Source: Elusimicrobiota bacterium
Lineage (GTDB): Bacteria; Elusimicrobiota; Elusimicrobia; UBA1565
Direction: 5' to 3'
Assembly (NCBI GenBank): GCA_043827405.1
Contig: JBDRPD010000025.1
Location: 1 to 64,000, forward strand
DNA: 64,000 nucleotides
Below the pieces are notes generated by a model, which saw only the letters and a program-made list of their open reading frames with translations, was not told the DNA's origin and searched no databases. Below are positions 1-9,491 of the stretch, piece by piece. Numbering within the stretch: the stretch's first letter is position 1; the number at the start of each line of letters is the position of its first letter. Both the position numbers and the translations under genes were made by a program.

Positions 1-117
1 CCGACGGGCTGGCTGCCGTGGCGGCACCTGCTGTGGCGGGTGTACGAGGCGGACCCGCTGGGCTGCCCGCGCTGCGGCGGCGATCTGGTGCTGGCGGAGC
101 TGGTGGTCCCGCCTTAG
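1..117 (+). mobile_element. C-terminal end of a probable IS91/ISCR-family rolling-circle transposase (5'-partial)
   Basis: Frame 1 reads PTGWLPWRHLLWRVYEADPLGCPRCGGDLVLAELVVPP*. The W..L..RVYE.DPL.CPxCGG ending is typical of IS91-like transposases. Only 38 aa are visible. Confidence 0.6.
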
Positions 118-419
118 TTTCTCCTTGATATTGTGCTGGATTTGTCGCTCGGGGCGATAGCGCACCGGGACAATTTCGCTCGTCTAAATGCTTGGCAATT
201 GGTAAAAAAGCACGGCCACCGCAAGTTTATGATAATCCCTAATTATGTACCTTGGTTCCGTTCCTGCCGCCGTTTCCCGCCTCTGCTGACCCCGCCCCTG
301 GCGTAATTTCACCCCGCGAGCTAACCTTTCTACAGGATTGCAGGCAGCCGATGATCCGTCAAGGGAGCGATTCAGGAAAAGGAAGCGCCGTTTTTGACAA
401 GCAGATTCTTATCAGCGAT

Positions 420-1625
420 TTAATAGAGGAAGCCGAAAAGATAAAGCGGGATCCTGTTGCCGGCGCTTATCTCCACGCCGTCCAGGGCAAGATAGGCGTT
501 TTTCACGCCCTTGATCTGATCTTCCCGCTTATTCTTTCCGCCGATTTCGAACACCATCCTGTCGTTGACGGCAAAATCACCCTGCGCCGCGGCCGTCACC
601 CGCTCGCATCCTCCGACCTGATTCACGAAGAAAGTCTCACGCGCCGCGCCTTGGTCGGTCTCCAGCCTCAGCGACCCGTTGATCGCGGCCAGCAGGTTTG
701 TGTTTTCCAAGAAGAGCTTCGCCGGCTTTCTCAATAGAGAGTAGCCTTTTCCTCCGGCGTACAACGCGAGGGTGATTCCGGCTTGCTCAAGATATTCGAG
801 GTAATGATAGACATATTCCTTGGAAAGGCCGAGCTCCCTGCTCAGCTTGTCCATGTTCGGCGCGAACGCGGCCGTGCCGGCGATCAGGCGCAGTATCTTC
901 TTGATCACCGCGATGTTCGCGGGTTTCACATTGCCGATGAGCGCCACGTCTTCATAGAGCGCTTTCTCGATCACGTTGAGCACCTTCTGCGGGTAAGCGG
1001 CCTCGCTTTCGATGAAAAAGGGATAATATCCGCCGCTCAGGTAGTTCCTGAAAGCCCTGAGCACGGTCAGCCGCCCGGATATCGCCTGCGCGTGCCGCAC
1101 ATGGCCGCCAACGATGTCGGCGATCTTGAGCACCGGAAATACCTTCTTTTCCTTGAGCCCCAGGTATTCGCGGAAAGAAAGACCCTTCAGATCGTAATAA
1201 ACAAAACGCCGGGACAGATCCGCTTTGCCTTTCTTCAGATTCAGCGACGAACTGCCGGAAACCAGCAGCTTCTTCCCCTTGAAGGTATCCGCTATGTTCT
1301 TGAGCTCGACCTGCCAGTTCGGATATTTGTGGATTTCGTCCAGGATCAGGGCCTGCCCGCCGAAGGCGAAGTATTCGGAGGCGATGTTGAGCAGGCCCGC
1401 GGCGGACGCTTCCACATTGTCAGCCGAGACATACAGGCATTTTTCCACATCGCCGTAATTCTCGTGGTAGTGCTGCAGGAGCATGACTGTCTTCCCCACG
1501 CCTCTGGCTCCGGTCACGCAGATCGCGTCGGACTTCCAATCGATGTCCGCGTGAAGATAGCGCTTGAACGCCAGCGGGGTATTCTTTACGGCGCTGTTAT
1601 GTATGGCGAAAAGCCTGTCGAGCAT
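420..1625 (-). CDS. AAA_14 / DUF4143 family ATP-binding protein
   Basis: Walker A GARGVGKT, Walker B LILDEIH, plus VSGSS, GGYYP, KLFLENT and ETFF motifs. Start placed at ATG 1625, downstream of a GGAGGGGG SD. Confidence 0.9.
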   Translation of the reverse strand: MLDRLFAIHNSAVKNTPLAFKRYLHADIDWKSDAICVTGARGVGKTVMLLQHYHENYGDVEKCLYVSADNVEASAAGLLNIASEYFAFGGQALILDEIHKYPNWQVELKNIADTFKGKKLLVSGSSSLNLKKGKADLSRRFVYYDLKGLSFREYLGLKEKKVFPVLKIADIVGGHVRHAQAISGRLTVLRAFRNYLSGGYYPFFIESEAAYPQKVLNVIEKALYEDVALIGNVKPANIAVIKKILRLIAGTAAFAPNMDKLSRELGLSKEYVYHYLEYLEQAGITLALYAGGKGYSLLRKPAKLFLENTNLLAAINGSLRLETDQGAARETFFVNQVGGCERVTAAAQGDFAVNDRMVFEIGGKNKREDQIKGVKNAYLALDGVEISAGNRIPLYLFGFLY

Positions 1626-1886
1626 CCGATCCCCCCTCCGGGTGGCAGTCAAGTGTAGTTTACTAATTTAACTAGGATTAGCAAACAGCAGTGAACGACT
1701 CTGGCGCCGGGCGAGGAAGGGTCAGGCCGCCGCCCCTCCGAGAGCGGAGCCTGGAGGGGCGGCCGGGAGCCGGCTTCGCTTTGATTCCGGCGGGCTGCCG
1801 TATGGTCTCATCACATCCCTCCAGCCCACAGTAATGGACGCCGTCCCGCTGGCGCGTTCCCGGCTTTCCTGATACCCTATGCCCGC

Positions 1887-2957
1887 ATGTCCCTGCTTCG
1901 CATCTTAGCGGTCGTTCTCCTGTTGCCCGCATGCCTGCTCGCGGCGGAGGTCCAAACCAAGCTGGATTTTATCGAGACCGAGTCCGGCGACACCCTGCGC
2001 AGCGTGGCGCAGAAATATCTGGATGACCCCACGCAGTGGCGGGAGATATTGCGCCACAACAAGCTGCCGACCAAAAGCCCGGATGTTCCGCTAAAAGCCA
2101 CGGTCCTGTGGCTCCCGTCAAAGCTCATGAAGGTGCGCTACCGCGCCGCCTACCTGATTGACTCGGCCGGCACCGTCCTGGCCCGCGAAGTTAACACCAC
2201 GGCCTGGATCCAGGTCGCCAAAGGCCGGCTGCTGCACCACGATGACGGAATCAAAACCCGCGATGACTCCTGGGCGCGCGTACGCTTCCATGACGGCAGC
2301 GTAATCAGCATCGGGCCCAACACCACGGCGGTGCTGCAGGCTCCCAAGAAGTCCGCTTACGATGTTTTCCTGACCAGCGGCACCGTCTACGCCGACCGCT
2401 CGCGCATCAAAACCGGAACCTCCATCATCATCCCGCGCGGCCAGAAGGTGCAGTTCAACGTAACGCGCAATAATGACAAAACGGCGGAAGTCCAGGTGTA
2501 TGGGGGCGCGGCGGATATCAAGGATCTCGACGGCCTGGATACCGTCACGGTGAAAACCGGGCACATGTCGAAGATGGACGCCGGCGGCCTGCCCGAAGCG
2601 CCCATAAGGATGCTGGCGGCGAATCCGGCGGCCGAGCACGCCTTCTCGGGGCGGAGCGATTGGGCGCAGCTTGCCTTGGCGCAGAATTTCACCCAGCCCC
2701 TGGACCCGGGCTTTGATCTCGACGACCTCCTCCCCGACATAATCGGCAACCCGGTCGCCGCCTATCATATCCAGATCGCGGACGACCGCGAGTTCAAGAC
2801 CCTCCGCTACGACGTCATGCTCGGCATTTACGACAAGAAGAATCTGCGCTCGGGTCTGCCCAACGGAAAGTACTGGATACGGGCGGCGACCATCGACCTG
2901 CTGGGTGATAAAGGAGAGTTCTCCAAACCGCGGCCCTATCCGGTGGGCCCGCAGTAG
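1887..2957 (+). CDS. Secreted LysM + FecR domain protein
   Basis: Signal peptide, LysM-like GDTLRSVAQKYLDDPTQWREILRHN, FecR-like DGIKTRDDSWARVRFHDGSVISIGPNT, and an Fn3-like tail. Confidence 0.8.
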   Translation: MSLLRILAVVLLLPACLLAAEVQTKLDFIETESGDTLRSVAQKYLDDPTQWREILRHNKLPTKSPDVPLKATVLWLPSKLMKVRYRAAYLIDSAGTVLAREVNTTAWIQVAKGRLLHHDDGIKTRDDSWARVRFHDGSVISIGPNTTAVLQAPKKSAYDVFLTSGTVYADRSRIKTGTSIIIPRGQKVQFNVTRNNDKTAEVQVYGGAADIKDLDGLDTVTVKTGHMSKMDAGGLPEAPIRMLAANPAAEHAFSGRSDWAQLALAQNFTQPLDPGFDLDDLLPDIIGNPVAAYHIQIADDREFKTLRYDVMLGIYDKKNLRSGLPNGKYWIRAATIDLLGDKGEFSKPRPYPVGPQ

Positions 2958-2964
2958 CCGGCGT

Positions 2965-3498
2965 TCAGCCCAGCCGGAAACCCTTAAGGAACTCCTGCCA
3001 GACCGCCGCGCCGGCGGGGACCTTCCTGCGCATGAGCGACGGGCTGGTGAAGCGCAGCACGTAGAACGAATCGGATTGCTGCAGGATGACGAACTCCTCG
3101 TGGACCCACTCACGCTCGCCGACGTTGTACTCGGCGCCGGAGAGGTCCATCTCGTAGCGCATGCGCCACAGCACGGCCTTTTGCCCCGAGACCTCGATCT
3201 CCTCGAGCTTCTCGACCTTATTGCCGCCGGCGCCCATATGCCGCAGGAAGCTCCGCGGGTCGCGGTAGCGGGAACCCTTGAGGCCGTAGCGCACCACCGA
3301 GATGCGTACTTTCTCGTCGGTGTAGGTGATCTTGCGATCCGGCTGCTGGCGGGCTTCCGCCCGCCAGTCGGCGGGCACCACGCAGCGGAAAAACTCGGTC
3401 ACGCTCTCGGTCCTCGAAGGCATAGTGCCCGCCTCGGCGGGCATGCCGAACGCGAATAAAACAAGCGCCGCCGCCGCGGCTCTAGTTGTTTTTCGCGT
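2965..3498 (-). CDS. Exported hypothetical protein, partner of the upstream HExxH protein (start uncertain: ACG 3498 or ATG 3444)
   Basis: The frame stays open upstream of ATG 3444 and encodes a signal peptide, RKTTRAAAAALVLFAFGMPAEA. A GGAG lies 7 nt before ACG 3498. Confidence 0.65.
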   Translation of the reverse strand, partial: TRKTTRAAAAALVLFAFGMPAEAGTMPSRTESVTEFFRCVVPADWRAEARQQPDRKITYTDEKVRISVVRYGLKGSRYRDPRSFLRHMGAGGNKVEKLEEIEVSGQKAVLWRMRYEMDLSGAEYNVGEREWVHEEFVILQQSDSFYVLRFTSPSLMRRKVPAGAAVWQEFLKGFRLG

Positions 3499-5305
3499 AC
3501 CAGTGCTCCGGATGGTCGTGCCGGTCCGACTCCACGAACTCGTAGAACTGGGCCCGGCTCCATACGCCCTGGGGCAGCGTTTTCGGCGGCAGCGTTTTTG
3601 TCGCCAGGAGCCCGGCCAGCTTCTCCTCGTCGCGCGCGTTCTCTTCGGCGATCAGCGCGTAGTTCTCGTCCGCGGCGGCGCGTTTAAGCTTCGCCACCAG
3701 CTGCGGGTTGCGCTTCATGTAGTCCAGTTGCTGGCGGATGTAGTCGATGGTCTTCTGCGTCTTCTCAACCCGGCCGGGCATGAACTCCTTGCTGGACTCG
3801 TAGTAGCCCCGCACCATGCCGAGCTCGGACTTCAGGCCGTGGTCCTGCTCCAGATGCGCGATCTCCGCCAGCCGGGCGGGAATCTCCAGGCGCGCCATCT
3901 CTTCCGTCTCTTTCTGATGGTCCTCGAGCCGCTTGAGACGCCGCTCATAGGTCCCGATGGGGTCGGCCATTTCCTGCGGCTCCAAAGATCTGGCGTAGTT
4001 CCCGTTGACCATCTTCATGTCGGCCCAATACCCGTCGGGGTTGCGGCTGATATTGGCGGCGCTGTAGAGCTCGGCGTTGGGGGTGCCTTTGTTGAGCTCG
4101 ACCGCGATCAGCGCTCCCTTGAGCCGGGCTTCCTTCTCATTGCCGAGGTCGTAGTGCAGGATGTCGGCATACTCCGGCAGGTCGCGCTTCTTGCCGCTGT
4201 TCCAGCGGATATGCTGCAGCTCGTGGCCGGTCAGCACCGCCATGGTCTCCAGCGCCTGCTCCCGGTTCTCGTAGTCCATGAACTTCTTGTTGAAGGTGTA
4301 GGTCCAGTTGGCGGAATTGGCCGTGCCCCGCAGGCCCCGGACCGTCTCGACGCCGTCATCGACCATGCGCACCGAGCCCGCAAAGTCCTCGGCCCGAATG
4401 GTGACCTGCCGGCCCGCCAGCTTCGCCTCCTGAACCACATCATTGAGGATCCGCCGCCCCTCCTCCGACTCCTGCAGCTTGCCGATGACCTGTTTGACGA
4501 ACTTCTGCTGCTCGGTCTCCAGTGCGGGGCCCAACAGCTTGCTGTCTCCCAGCGCATAGCGCAGCTTCCGCTTCCACTCCGGCTCGCCCTTGTCGCCGGC
4601 GTCGATATAGATGTATTTCGCGATAGCCGCGTCGCTGACGCGCGGGATGATCTCAGACTTGGGGACGTCTTTGGTGCGCAGCCCCGGCTTGCCGGCGATA
4701 TCCGGCGCGAGCGCGGGCTCGGGGAGCTTGCCGCCGGGCCGTCCGGAAACGGCGGTCGGCGGCGCGCCCCCCAGCTCGCCGCGCTTCGCCGCCCCGGTGA
4801 AGGTCTTATCCAGCAGCGCCTTGGTTAACGGCGTCTCACGGCTGAACTTCGGAACAGCGCTCAGCTCTTTGCCGGCTACGGCATGCTTCTTCTCGCCGGG
4901 ATCAGTCTTGCTCTTCCCCTCGCGCTGCTCGCCCGGCTCGCCGTACTTGACCTGCTCAAGACCCAGCTTCTCCCGCAGCCGCGCTTCGCCGGGACGGCCG
5001 GCGCCGCAGTCGGCTTCGATTGCCTTGGCGGCGATCTTCTTCTGCTCGACGTATTTCAGGTAGCGCTTGCCGCACTCATCCGCAAACGCCGCCCGCGTCT
5101 GATCGACGATGACTTTTGGGGTGTGGCCCTGGGCGCAGAAGCCGTCCCACCTGCCGCGGGTGAGACCCCAGGCGGCGAGATGGTTTTCCTGGTACGCCTT
5201 AACGCAGCTTTCGGCTTCAGTTGCGGCACTATAGGCCGGGACCGCCGGCAGGCAGACGGCGGCAAAGAGGGCAAGCGCCGCTAGGCGTTGGGAGAGGGGT
5301 CCCAT
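3482..5305 (-). CDS. Secreted protein with a C-terminal HExxH (putative zincin) domain
   Basis: Signal peptide, small Cys-containing N-domain, Pro/Lys-rich linker, then LTGHELQHIRW followed by an NEKEA Glu candidate. Confidence 0.7.
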   Translation of the reverse strand: MGPLSQRLAALALFAAVCLPAVPAYSAATEAESCVKAYQENHLAAWGLTRGRWDGFCAQGHTPKVIVDQTRAAFADECGKRYLKYVEQKKIAAKAIEADCGAGRPGEARLREKLGLEQVKYGEPGEQREGKSKTDPGEKKHAVAGKELSAVPKFSRETPLTKALLDKTFTGAAKRGELGGAPPTAVSGRPGGKLPEPALAPDIAGKPGLRTKDVPKSEIIPRVSDAAIAKYIYIDAGDKGEPEWKRKLRYALGDSKLLGPALETEQQKFVKQVIGKLQESEEGRRILNDVVQEAKLAGRQVTIRAEDFAGSVRMVDDGVETVRGLRGTANSANWTYTFNKKFMDYENREQALETMAVLTGHELQHIRWNSGKKRDLPEYADILHYDLGNEKEARLKGALIAVELNKGTPNAELYSAANISRNPDGYWADMKMVNGNYARSLEPQEMADPIGTYERRLKRLEDHQKETEEMARLEIPARLAEIAHLEQDHGLKSELGMVRGYYESSKEFMPGRVEKTQKTIDYIRQQLDYMKRNPQLVAKLKRAAADENYALIAEENARDEEKLAGLLATKTLPPKTLPQGVWSRAQFYEFVESDRHDHPEHWYAKNN

Positions 5306-5311
5306 ACCCCG

Positions 5312-5340
5312 AGTTTAACCCCGGATATGGCGGATTTCAA
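5312..5340 (-). promoter_or_regulatory. Leaderless sigma70-type promoter
   Basis: Minus strand reads TTGAAA-17nt-TAAACT-6nt-ATG(5305). Confidence 0.7.
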
Positions 5341-5371
5341 TAGATAAATTAGCGGGGCGTCAGGCTGCGGC

Positions 5372-6184
5372 TTACCAGAAGCGTTCCAGATGGATCTGGC
5401 CGGGAGTCCGCTTGGTATGCTCAACAAAGCCCTCGTCACCCAGAAAGCGTATAGCGCTCTCTATCATGAGAGGATTACCGCACAGGAAAATATGGGTATC
5501 ATCCTTGGTCGGATGCATTCCCCATGCCTGATCCACCGCGCCGGCCTTCCAGACATCTTCAACGAAACCGGTCGCGCCTTTCCACGGGATAAGTTCGCCT
5601 TCCGGCTCGCTGACGACGGGAACATAGGTGAATTCCTTGGACATCCGGGAGAGGGTCTCAAGCTCGGAACGGTAGCCCAAGTCCCAGGAATTACAGGCGC
5701 CGTGGATTACCGCGTATTGCTTGTCGAAGCCGGTGGAGGTAACCAAAGTCCGCAGCATGGACATATAAGGCGCCAGCCCCGTTCCCGTCGAAATGAGCAG
5801 GACATTCGCCTCCTTGGGAACATTCTCCAAGGTCATAAGCCCGGTAAACTTCTTGCCCAAAAATACGCGGTCGCCGATCTTCAGGTCATAGAGCCGCGCC
5901 GTCAGGGCGCCCGAACGCACGAGCGTGATGTAAAACTCGACACAGTCCTTGGCGTGGCTTGATGAGGCGACGGAATAGGCGCGCAGAATAAGCTTGTCCG
6001 GAGCGGCGGGCTCTTTTTCGGGATCGCACAACGGAGAGCGGGAGGCGGAGCCCGGCAGGCCGAGCACGGTGTACTGTCCCGCCTTGAACTCCGGCAGCTC
6101 CCAGCCGTCCGGCGCCACGCGCAGGATGAAGCTTCCCGGGCTGAACTCCATACGTTCGATGACTTTCGCGTTTAGCTGAACCAT
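5372..6184 (-). CDS. fpr: Ferredoxin/flavodoxin--NADP+ reductase
   Basis: RAYSVAS, STGTGLAPY, FLCGNPLMI and a C-terminal ERFW. Confidence 0.9.
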   Translation of the reverse strand: MVQLNAKVIERMEFSPGSFILRVAPDGWELPEFKAGQYTVLGLPGSASRSPLCDPEKEPAAPDKLILRAYSVASSSHAKDCVEFYITLVRSGALTARLYDLKIGDRVFLGKKFTGLMTLENVPKEANVLLISTGTGLAPYMSMLRTLVTSTGFDKQYAVIHGACNSWDLGYRSELETLSRMSKEFTYVPVVSEPEGELIPWKGATGFVEDVWKAGAVDQAWGMHPTKDDTHIFLCGNPLMIESAIRFLGDEGFVEHTKRTPGQIHLERFW

Positions 6185-6199
6185 AACCCTTTTACCTCA

Positions 6200-8680
6200 T
6201 CATTCTCCGCGCAGCGACACGTCCGATATGCCGCCGATCCGCTTGGCCATTTCGATCATCTCGTCGAGCTTGGCCTCGGAGTAGGCGATCATCCGGGCGC
6301 CGTCCGGCGAGCCGCCCCCATGCATGCAGCCGGGAACGCCGCCGCCCAACGTCAGCCATTCGATCAGGCGCGCGATCCGGGCCCGCGTCTCCGCCGGCGA
6401 GTGCGCCTTCATATACTTCTGGATTAAGTGGCCGTAGCGGCTGTCCATGAAGTCCTTATGGGACGGCATGCAGCCGGTCTCGCCGATGCCGCCGGCGATT
6501 TCCTGCGTAAGCCGCTTGGTCTCATAGGGCAAGGTCGCCACATGGACCTTGTTCACGTTGGCCATCACCGGATCGGGCAGCCAGGTTCCCGACGGATGCT
6601 GGGTACCCAATACGGCGGCCGCGATTCCAAGGCCGAAGGTGGTCTCGTTGTTGACGATCATGCGGATCAGCTTGTCCCGGAACACCTTCTCGTTGAGCCC
6701 GTTGGCCCGCGCGATGAGCGCGGACGCGCCCATCATCACGTCGCCCTGGCCGGCGACGCAGCCGCCGATGGCCGAGCGGTAGGGCAAGGTGAAGCGAAAG
6801 ACGGCATCGCCCGCGAAACCGTGCTCGCCGCACATAAACACCCGCTCCTTGGGCACGAAGACGTCCTCGAAGAAGAGATAGGCCTGGGTGATCCCGCCGC
6901 GGGTCACCGGGTTATCGAAGCCGGACTGCAGGTCCCGGTCATCCGAGGCGCGCCGCGCTTCGACGACGGTCAGGCCCTTGGCGTCGCGCGGGATGGCGAA
7001 GCTCACCGCGTACTCGGCGTCCGACTGCTTGAGCCGCCCGCCCGGCATCACCAGCACTTCGTTGGCGGCGGCGGTGCCGCAGATCATAACCTTGGCCCCG
7101 CGCACCACGATCCCGTCTTTGCGCTTCTTCACGATCCGCAGGTACATATCCGGATCGGACTGCTTGGACGGCGGCAGCCGGCGGTGGCCTTTGGGATCGG
7201 TCAGCGCGCCGGACAGGGTAATATCCCGCTCCTGGGAACTGCGCAGCCAGCGCTTGAAGCGCTGATGGTAGTCGGAGCCCCGGGCGTTATCGATCTCCCA
7301 GGTAGCGGACCACATCGCGTTGAGCACCGCCCAGCCCGCGCAGCGCCCGCCGGTGCAGGTGCCGGTCAGCTGGAAGGCCAGCCGCTTCATCTTGCTGTTG
7401 GCGAACATATCTTCCGGCGAGCGGATCAGCGACAAATAGCGCGAGATGCGCTTGCCGGTCAGCGAGGAGATAGTGGTCACCAGGTCCTGGTAGCGCGGAT
7501 CGTGCGCCGACTCAAAGAGCTGGGCATGCCCCTCCACGGTACGGCAGGTGGCGGGATCGTCCACGACATCCTCGATCAGCTTGCCGAATTTATAGATATT
7601 CGGCCGCATGCGCCGCAGGCTTTCCTTGTAAGACTCGGGCGTCCGGGTATGTCCCTTGGGCTTGAGCTTAAGCGCCAGCCCCTTGCCCGTCTCCAGCCGG
7701 CGGATCAAGGCCGGCACGATCTCGGTCACGCTGCCGACGATGCCGTAATCGGCCAGCGCAAAGATGGGCGCCGCGGCGTCGCTGTTGACGGCGACGATGA
7801 CCCGGGCCCCGTGAATGCCCACCGTATGGTGCATCATGCCGGAGATGCCCAAGCCGATATACAGCTCGGGCTTGATGATCTTGCCGCTGGCGCCGATCAT
7901 CTGTTCGCCCTGGGCCCAGCCTTCATCCACCGGCGGACGCGTAGCGCCCACCGCGCCGCCGAGCACCTTCGCCAAACGCTGCACTAAATGCCAGTTTTCT
8001 TTGCCGCCCACGCCGAAGCCGCCGGCGACCACCGTCCGGGCCTTGGCCAGGGAGCCGGCGGCGGCGTTCTTGGGGCCGTGGACGGCGATAAGCCTGGCGG
8101 CGTGCATCTTTTTCGGCAGGGTCGGGCGCACATGCATGACCCTGGCGCCCGGAGACCGGCCCGGAAGCGCCGTAAACACGCCGGCCGCGACCGTGGCCAT
8201 CTGCGGCCGCCGCTCGCGGCAGACGATATTGGCCATGATATTGCCGCCGAAACCGGGAACGGTCTGCACCAGGTCCCGGCCGTCAAGCTTCAGCTCCACG
8301 CAGTGGGCGCTGAGACCTGTTTCGAGCCGCGCCGCGACCCGCGCCGCCAGCGCCGCGTTCTGTTGGTCCGCCCCCAGGAGAAGGATTCCGGGACGATGAC
8401 GCTGCGCCAGCTCGGCCAGAGCCCGGGCATAGGCGACCGAGCTGTAGCTGCGCAGCTGCGCATGCTCGACGCAGTAGACCGTGGACGGGCCATAGTCCAG
8501 CGCCTTCTTGCCCGACAACTTCAGGTCCGCGCCGATCAGCACAGCTTCCAGCGGCGCATCCGCCATCTCGGCGAGCTGACGCCCCTTGCCTAAAAGCTCC
8601 AGCCCGACCGCGTCCAGCCGGCCGTTGGTATGGGAGAGGTATACCCAGACGGCGTTCGTCCGCGCAAGATCTTTAGTCAT
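6200..8680 (-). CDS. Fusion of ETF alpha subunit and a 4-hydroxybutyryl-CoA dehydratase (AbfD/HpaB fold)-like domain
   Basis: First ~330 aa carry EtfA motifs (RPQMATV, GATRPPVD, LYIGLGISG, AVNSDAAAPIF). The last ~480 aa carry GALTDPKG, DGIVVRGAK, GGC and MHGGGSP. One open frame. ATG 8680 overlaps the etfB stop (TGATG). Confidence 0.88.
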   Translation of the reverse strand: MTKDLARTNAVWVYLSHTNGRLDAVGLELLGKGRQLAEMADAPLEAVLIGADLKLSGKKALDYGPSTVYCVEHAQLRSYSSVAYARALAELAQRHRPGILLLGADQQNAALAARVAARLETGLSAHCVELKLDGRDLVQTVPGFGGNIMANIVCRERRPQMATVAAGVFTALPGRSPGARVMHVRPTLPKKMHAARLIAVHGPKNAAAGSLAKARTVVAGGFGVGGKENWHLVQRLAKVLGGAVGATRPPVDEGWAQGEQMIGASGKIIKPELYIGLGISGMMHHTVGIHGARVIVAVNSDAAAPIFALADYGIVGSVTEIVPALIRRLETGKGLALKLKPKGHTRTPESYKESLRRMRPNIYKFGKLIEDVVDDPATCRTVEGHAQLFESAHDPRYQDLVTTISSLTGKRISRYLSLIRSPEDMFANSKMKRLAFQLTGTCTGGRCAGWAVLNAMWSATWEIDNARGSDYHQRFKRWLRSSQERDITLSGALTDPKGHRRLPPSKQSDPDMYLRIVKKRKDGIVVRGAKVMICGTAAANEVLVMPGGRLKQSDAEYAVSFAIPRDAKGLTVVEARRASDDRDLQSGFDNPVTRGGITQAYLFFEDVFVPKERVFMCGEHGFAGDAVFRFTLPYRSAIGGCVAGQGDVMMGASALIARANGLNEKVFRDKLIRMIVNNETTFGLGIAAAVLGTQHPSGTWLPDPVMANVNKVHVATLPYETKRLTQEIAGGIGETGCMPSHKDFMDSRYGHLIQKYMKAHSPAETRARIARLIEWLTLGGGVPGCMHGGGSPDGARMIAYSEAKLDEMIEMAKRIGGISDVSLRGE

Positions 8681-9480
8681 CACAGCACCTTCTCTTTCTG
8701 CAGGCGGACAATAAGCTCGCATACCGCCTCATCCGCCGTGCCCTGCAGGATCTCGCCCTTCCTGCCGACCGCCGGCGTATAGACGTTGAGCATCTGCGTG
8801 GGCGAGCCCTTAAGACCGACCTTGGACGGGGAAAGCTTCAGGTCCCGGGCCGACCACCTGGTCACGCTCTTGCCGACGGCGCGGCCGATGCCCCGCATGT
8901 CGGCCAACCGCGGGGAATTGGCTTCCTTATCCAAAGTCAGGAGCGCGGGCAGCTGCGCCGCGTAGACCGCATGCCCGGATTCCAGCCGGCAGTGCGCCTC
9001 CAGCGCCCCGCCGCGCAGCTTCAGCTTGAAAACATGCGTAAGCTCGGGGATGTCGAGCAGCTCGGCGACCTGCGGCCCCACCTGAGAGGTGCTGCCGTCG
9101 AGCGAGTAGCCGCCGCAGAAGATCAGATCGAAGCGTCCGAGCTTGCGGACGGCGGCCGCGATAACCCGGGCCGTGGCCAAAGTGTCGGCGCCGGCGAAGG
9201 CCTTGTCGGTCAATAGGCAGGCCCGGTCACAGCCCATAGCCAGCGCCTCGCGCAGCTGCTCCTCCGCGTCCGGCACAGCCATGGTCAGCACACTGACGGT
9301 CGCGCCGAATTTTTCCTTCAGGGAGACGGCCTGCTCGATCGCCGTGCGGTCCAGCGGATTAATGACGGCCGGAATCTCGTTGCGGCACAGCAGCATGGTC
9401 TCCGGATCGAGCTTGAGCTTATCCCACTTGGCCGGATCCGGCACCGGCTTAATGCAGACGACGATGCGTAGTTTCATCAC
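8680..9480 (-). CDS. etfB: Electron transfer flavoprotein beta subunit
   Basis: VVCIKPVPD, INPLD, GADTLATA, DGSTSQVGPQVAE and GLKGSPT. Confidence 0.95.
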   Translation of the reverse strand: MMKLRIVVCIKPVPDPAKWDKLKLDPETMLLCRNEIPAVINPLDRTAIEQAVSLKEKFGATVSVLTMAVPDAEEQLREALAMGCDRACLLTDKAFAGADTLATARVIAAAVRKLGRFDLIFCGGYSLDGSTSQVGPQVAELLDIPELTHVFKLKLRGGALEAHCRLESGHAVYAAQLPALLTLDKEANSPRLADMRGIGRAVGKSVTRWSARDLKLSPSKVGLKGSPTQMLNVYTPAVGRKGEILQGTADEAVCELIVRLQKEKVL

Positions 9481-9491
9481 CGGTTCCTCTC

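Noticed and set aside
252..737. 161-aa plus-strand ORF
   Set aside because: Mostly antisense to the ATPase gene, with a TTG start and no motif.
1729..1763. 11-bp GC hairpin between the ATPase and the LysM/FecR gene
   Set aside because: No U-tract, no second copy and no recognisable RNA motif, so it cannot be assigned.
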